Source: Sulfolobales archaeon
Lineage (GTDB): Archaea; Thermoproteota; Thermoprotei_A; Sulfolobales; AG1
Length of the DNA: 64,000 nt
Reading direction: 5' to 3'
Assembly: GCA_038867615.1 (NCBI GenBank)
Contig: JAWBYA010000004.1
Location: forward strand, 64,001 to 128,000
The notes under the pieces were generated by a model. That model was not told the origin of the DNA. It ran no database searches and saw only the letters and a program-made list of their open reading frames with translations. Made by a program: the position numbers and the translations under genes. Positions 61,195 to 64,000 of this stretch are shown here, piece by piece (the stretch's first letter is position 1; the number at the start of each line of letters is the position of its first letter).

Positions 61195-62421
61195 CTAGCC
61201 TATCCCCAGCCACTTCTTCCACATAGCTATAAAGTTATTCCTTACATCGGTTCTCATGATCTCATCTATAATCATGTCATCAAACCTAGGTATAACAAGC
61301 TTCTTAACATTCGCTTTGAGGTAGTTTAAAGAGAGCTGGGGGTAATCCTTATTATCACCTATCACTATGGTTTCTGCGCCCTCTCCAAGCTTTGCTTGCC
61401 CCTCTTCCGAGAAGACGTATTCAAGGAAGAGCTTCGCTGCATTAGGATTCTTAGCCTCTTTGGTTATGAATATAACGCGAGGCACAAGAACTGCTAGATC
61501 GCTTGGTACAAAGACACCAACGCGAGGATCTGTCTTAGCCTCTTTAAATGCATAGTTGGCTGCGAGGCTTAGTGATACGAGTACCTGTCCTGTCTTAACC
61601 ATCTCAATCTGGGGCCCTGTTGATGACTGGAGCACAACCCCTATAGATCCCGCCGCTGATACTAAATCACGGATCAATTCCGGCTCAGCTTTATATTGAT
61701 AGTAGGTGAATACTAACCCAAAGGCGCTTGCTTCGACATTAAATGCTGCTATACCCCTTGGCGGGAATAGATCTTTCCTCTGTGTTAGAAGCTTTAAAAG
61801 ATCTCCTAGGGATCTAGGAGCGAGATCCTTAGGTATTTTCTCAGCATTATATATAGGAGCTGCAAGAAGATATCCAGGTACATATGCTAGATCTTTGTAC
61901 TTAGCATACTCGGGAAGCTTGTCATATATTGTGAGCCTATAGGGCTGAGCACTTCCGTTGAGAACCAACAAATATTGAAGATCAAAGCCGGAAGACCACA
62001 GGATATCAGCTGTTGGGGCCCCAGCAGCTCTCTCACTAATATACCTATTATAAATGGTTACAGTGCCTAATTCTATGTATTGTACATCTATAAAGGGGTA
62101 TTTAGCTTTAAAGGCGTTTAGAAGAGGCTCGGCACTAGGCCTATCAAGAGAGCTGTAGATCACCAACTTGCCTTCTTTTCTAGCAGCATCTATAATTGGT
62201 GCCAAGAGCTGCTCCTGTGTAGGCTGTGTAGGCTGCGGTGCCGGCTGAACAGTTACAGTTACTGTCTGAATTTGTGTAACCCTTTGAGTAATTGTTACAC
62301 TTTCTCTTGTAGTAGGCGTAGGTGTCATCATCTGGCCAGCAACGAACCCTAGGCCGGCAGCAATAACTACAGCTATAATCATGACAACTACATATAGTGC
62401 TTTAAAGTTGCTAACCATCAA
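61195..62421 (-). CDS. ABC substrate-binding protein (AfuA/FbpA-like cluster)
   Basis: N-terminal membrane anchor, Thr/Pro/Gln linker, ARKEGKLVIYSS, AKNPNAAKLFLEY.FSEEGQ. Confidence 0.9.
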   Translation of the reverse strand: MMVSNFKALYVVVMIIAVVIAAGLGFVAGQMMTPTPTTRESVTITQRVTQIQTVTVTVQPAPQPTQPTQEQLLAPIIDAARKEGKLVIYSSLDRPSAEPLLNAFKAKYPFIDVQYIELGTVTIYNRYISERAAGAPTADILWSSGFDLQYLLVLNGSAQPYRLTIYDKLPEYAKYKDLAYVPGYLLAAPIYNAEKIPKDLAPRSLGDLLKLLTQRKDLFPPRGIAAFNVEASAFGLVFTYYQYKAEPELIRDLVSAAGSIGVVLQSSTGPQIEMVKTGQVLVSLSLAANYAFKEAKTDPRVGVFVPSDLAVLVPRVIFITKEAKNPNAAKLFLEYVFSEEGQAKLGEGAETIVIGDNKDYPQLSLNYLKANVKKLVIPRFDDMIIDEIMRTDVRNNFIAMWKKWLGIG

Positions 62422-63906
62422 AACTTCACCTTCAACACCTATTACGCTAAGAAGTTTAAATATAAGTTCTCAGCTACCTACTCTTATTAGTAATTATGAG
62501 GGTTAAATTATTAAATTAACTATCCAGGCTTCTCTTGTGATTGATCATAATACAATGTACCCAGTACACACTAATAGTAATAGTATCAATTATTTCGTAA
62601 AAAACTTAAAATGATTAGACCAGGAGCAGTATGAATAGCCATGGCCTTACAATGATACCTCATAACGTATAGGCATCGTAAATCTGTCTAGCCCATAGAT
62701 AATAAATAGGAAAAGATCCATACACAATGGTGGTTTGGACGAAACCCATAACCAACAGCTACCCTATTTACAATAACCACGTTCAGAATGATAATTATTA
62801 AATCGCTAAGTAAAATACGAAACGAGGATCGAGCAGTTGTTTGTCATAAACAGAAGTTTGTATGTAGAACAGAAAAAGATAGCCAGGTCAATGGTAAATG
62901 TTAGAGGGTGTTCAAGTATTCCATGATCAATAATCTAGATCTTTTAGCGGGTTTTCTCACCCTAGAGCCTAGAGCCTCCTTAAGAAACCTAGAGGAAGAG
63001 TTGATATTAACTAACCTGCAGCATAAAGAGCTTTTCCAAGCATTATAGTGGAAACAGTGGTCTGGCTAATTGATGTTAGCAATTGGGATCCAGCTTCACA
63101 GTTTGTGAGGATAGACAAAATAGCAACAACTATACATAATGTGGATAGTGACATAACATGATGATTCAGTATCAATAATACCCTACATAGGGGAACCTTG
63201 AGCAGGGAATAGTCGAGGGTAGAGCAGAGAAGATGAAATTTTACATCTATTATAATAGATGTTTTTATGATGTAATGCTGGAATGTTTTTGTCGCTAAAA
63301 TGCCGTATATATGGATCCGGAGTGATTTACATGATAAAACAAGGGATAGCGCGTGTTCTATGATAGGGAGAGCATGGATTCTGCTTTACAGTAAACCCTG
63401 TCTTAGAGAATATGGAGAAACAATTAGGGAAAGTCGAGATATAGATATACAAAGGATGAGAAACTTCCTTGACGCTCATAGGTTGTAAGAACTGTTATCT
63501 TGCCGATATACATACGAAGATTTGCAAAGATCTTGTTGACATAGACTTTGCTATTAGTTCACTTCAATGCTGGCTCAGATTTGATGGAAGCATTACTCTA
63601 AGCCTTCTAAATAATAATCTAATGATCTATCGAATCCCGATAGGAGTTTCGTGTCATCTAGTTTGCAGCAAACGAGAAAAATACAGGGGTAAAGATCCCT
63701 TTAGACTGTATATAAGTCCTAGATATAGAAGAAAACAATCGATACATATCAAGGAGCAACAAGGCTACCTACCTCTTTAAAGCGTTATGAAAGACTAGTA
63801 GGATCTTTTCTTTGCTATACATTGTAAAAATTCTTAGATAATTAGTACGGAATGCATAAAACACTCCTATTATTAACTTTTATTACCATTATTATTGAAA
63901 ACCACT

Positions 63907-64000
63907 ATGGTGCGATTGTTGGAAATAGGTAGGGAGGTATATGATGTCATAGTTATTGGCGGCGGTAATGCCGGTCTATGTGCAGCTATAAAAGCAGCTG
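63907..64000 (+). CDS. 5' end of an FAD-dependent oxidoreductase (TcuA/fumarate-reductase-flavoprotein-like), truncated by the window edge
   Basis: Translates MVRLLEIGREVYDVIVIGGGNAGLCAAIKAA, a GxGxxG Rossmann motif; not in the ORF track. Confidence 0.75.
   Translation, partial: MVRLLEIGREVYDVIVIGGGNAGLCAAIKAA

Overview
A 64-kb window of a thermophilic crenarchaeal (Thermoproteota, probably Desulfurococcales/Sulfolobales-like) chromosome, judged from PolB1, two PCNA paralogs, a PriX-type domain, FAU-1, DUF2067, a BHB tRNA intron and a box C/D sRNA. Most of it is housekeeping and metabolic: primase subunits, PCNAs, PolB1, SecY, a de novo pyrimidine cluster with several unusual enzymes (PyrK-PyrD fusion, PyrE with a loop insertion, PyrF with an atypical motif), and a xanthine-dehydrogenase-family/AllG/AllH/carbamate kinase/ABC cluster that looks like purine or ureide catabolism. 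It also holds tRNA-Pro(GGG, with intron) and tRNA-Ala(CGC). The main structure the ORF track does not explain is in the intergenic DNA: about eleven mutually alignable elements of 40-300 bp in two families (A and B). They look like non-autonomous IS607/tnpB-derived relics that keep the ends and the omega-RNA-like 3' part (with K-turn-like motifs in family A), with no intact tnpA or tnpB in the window. One family A copy contains a promoter plus a K-turn/ACA hairpin (H/ACA-like sRNA candidate), and two supply the stop codon of the upstream gene. All alignments and family calls were made by eye; no searches were run.
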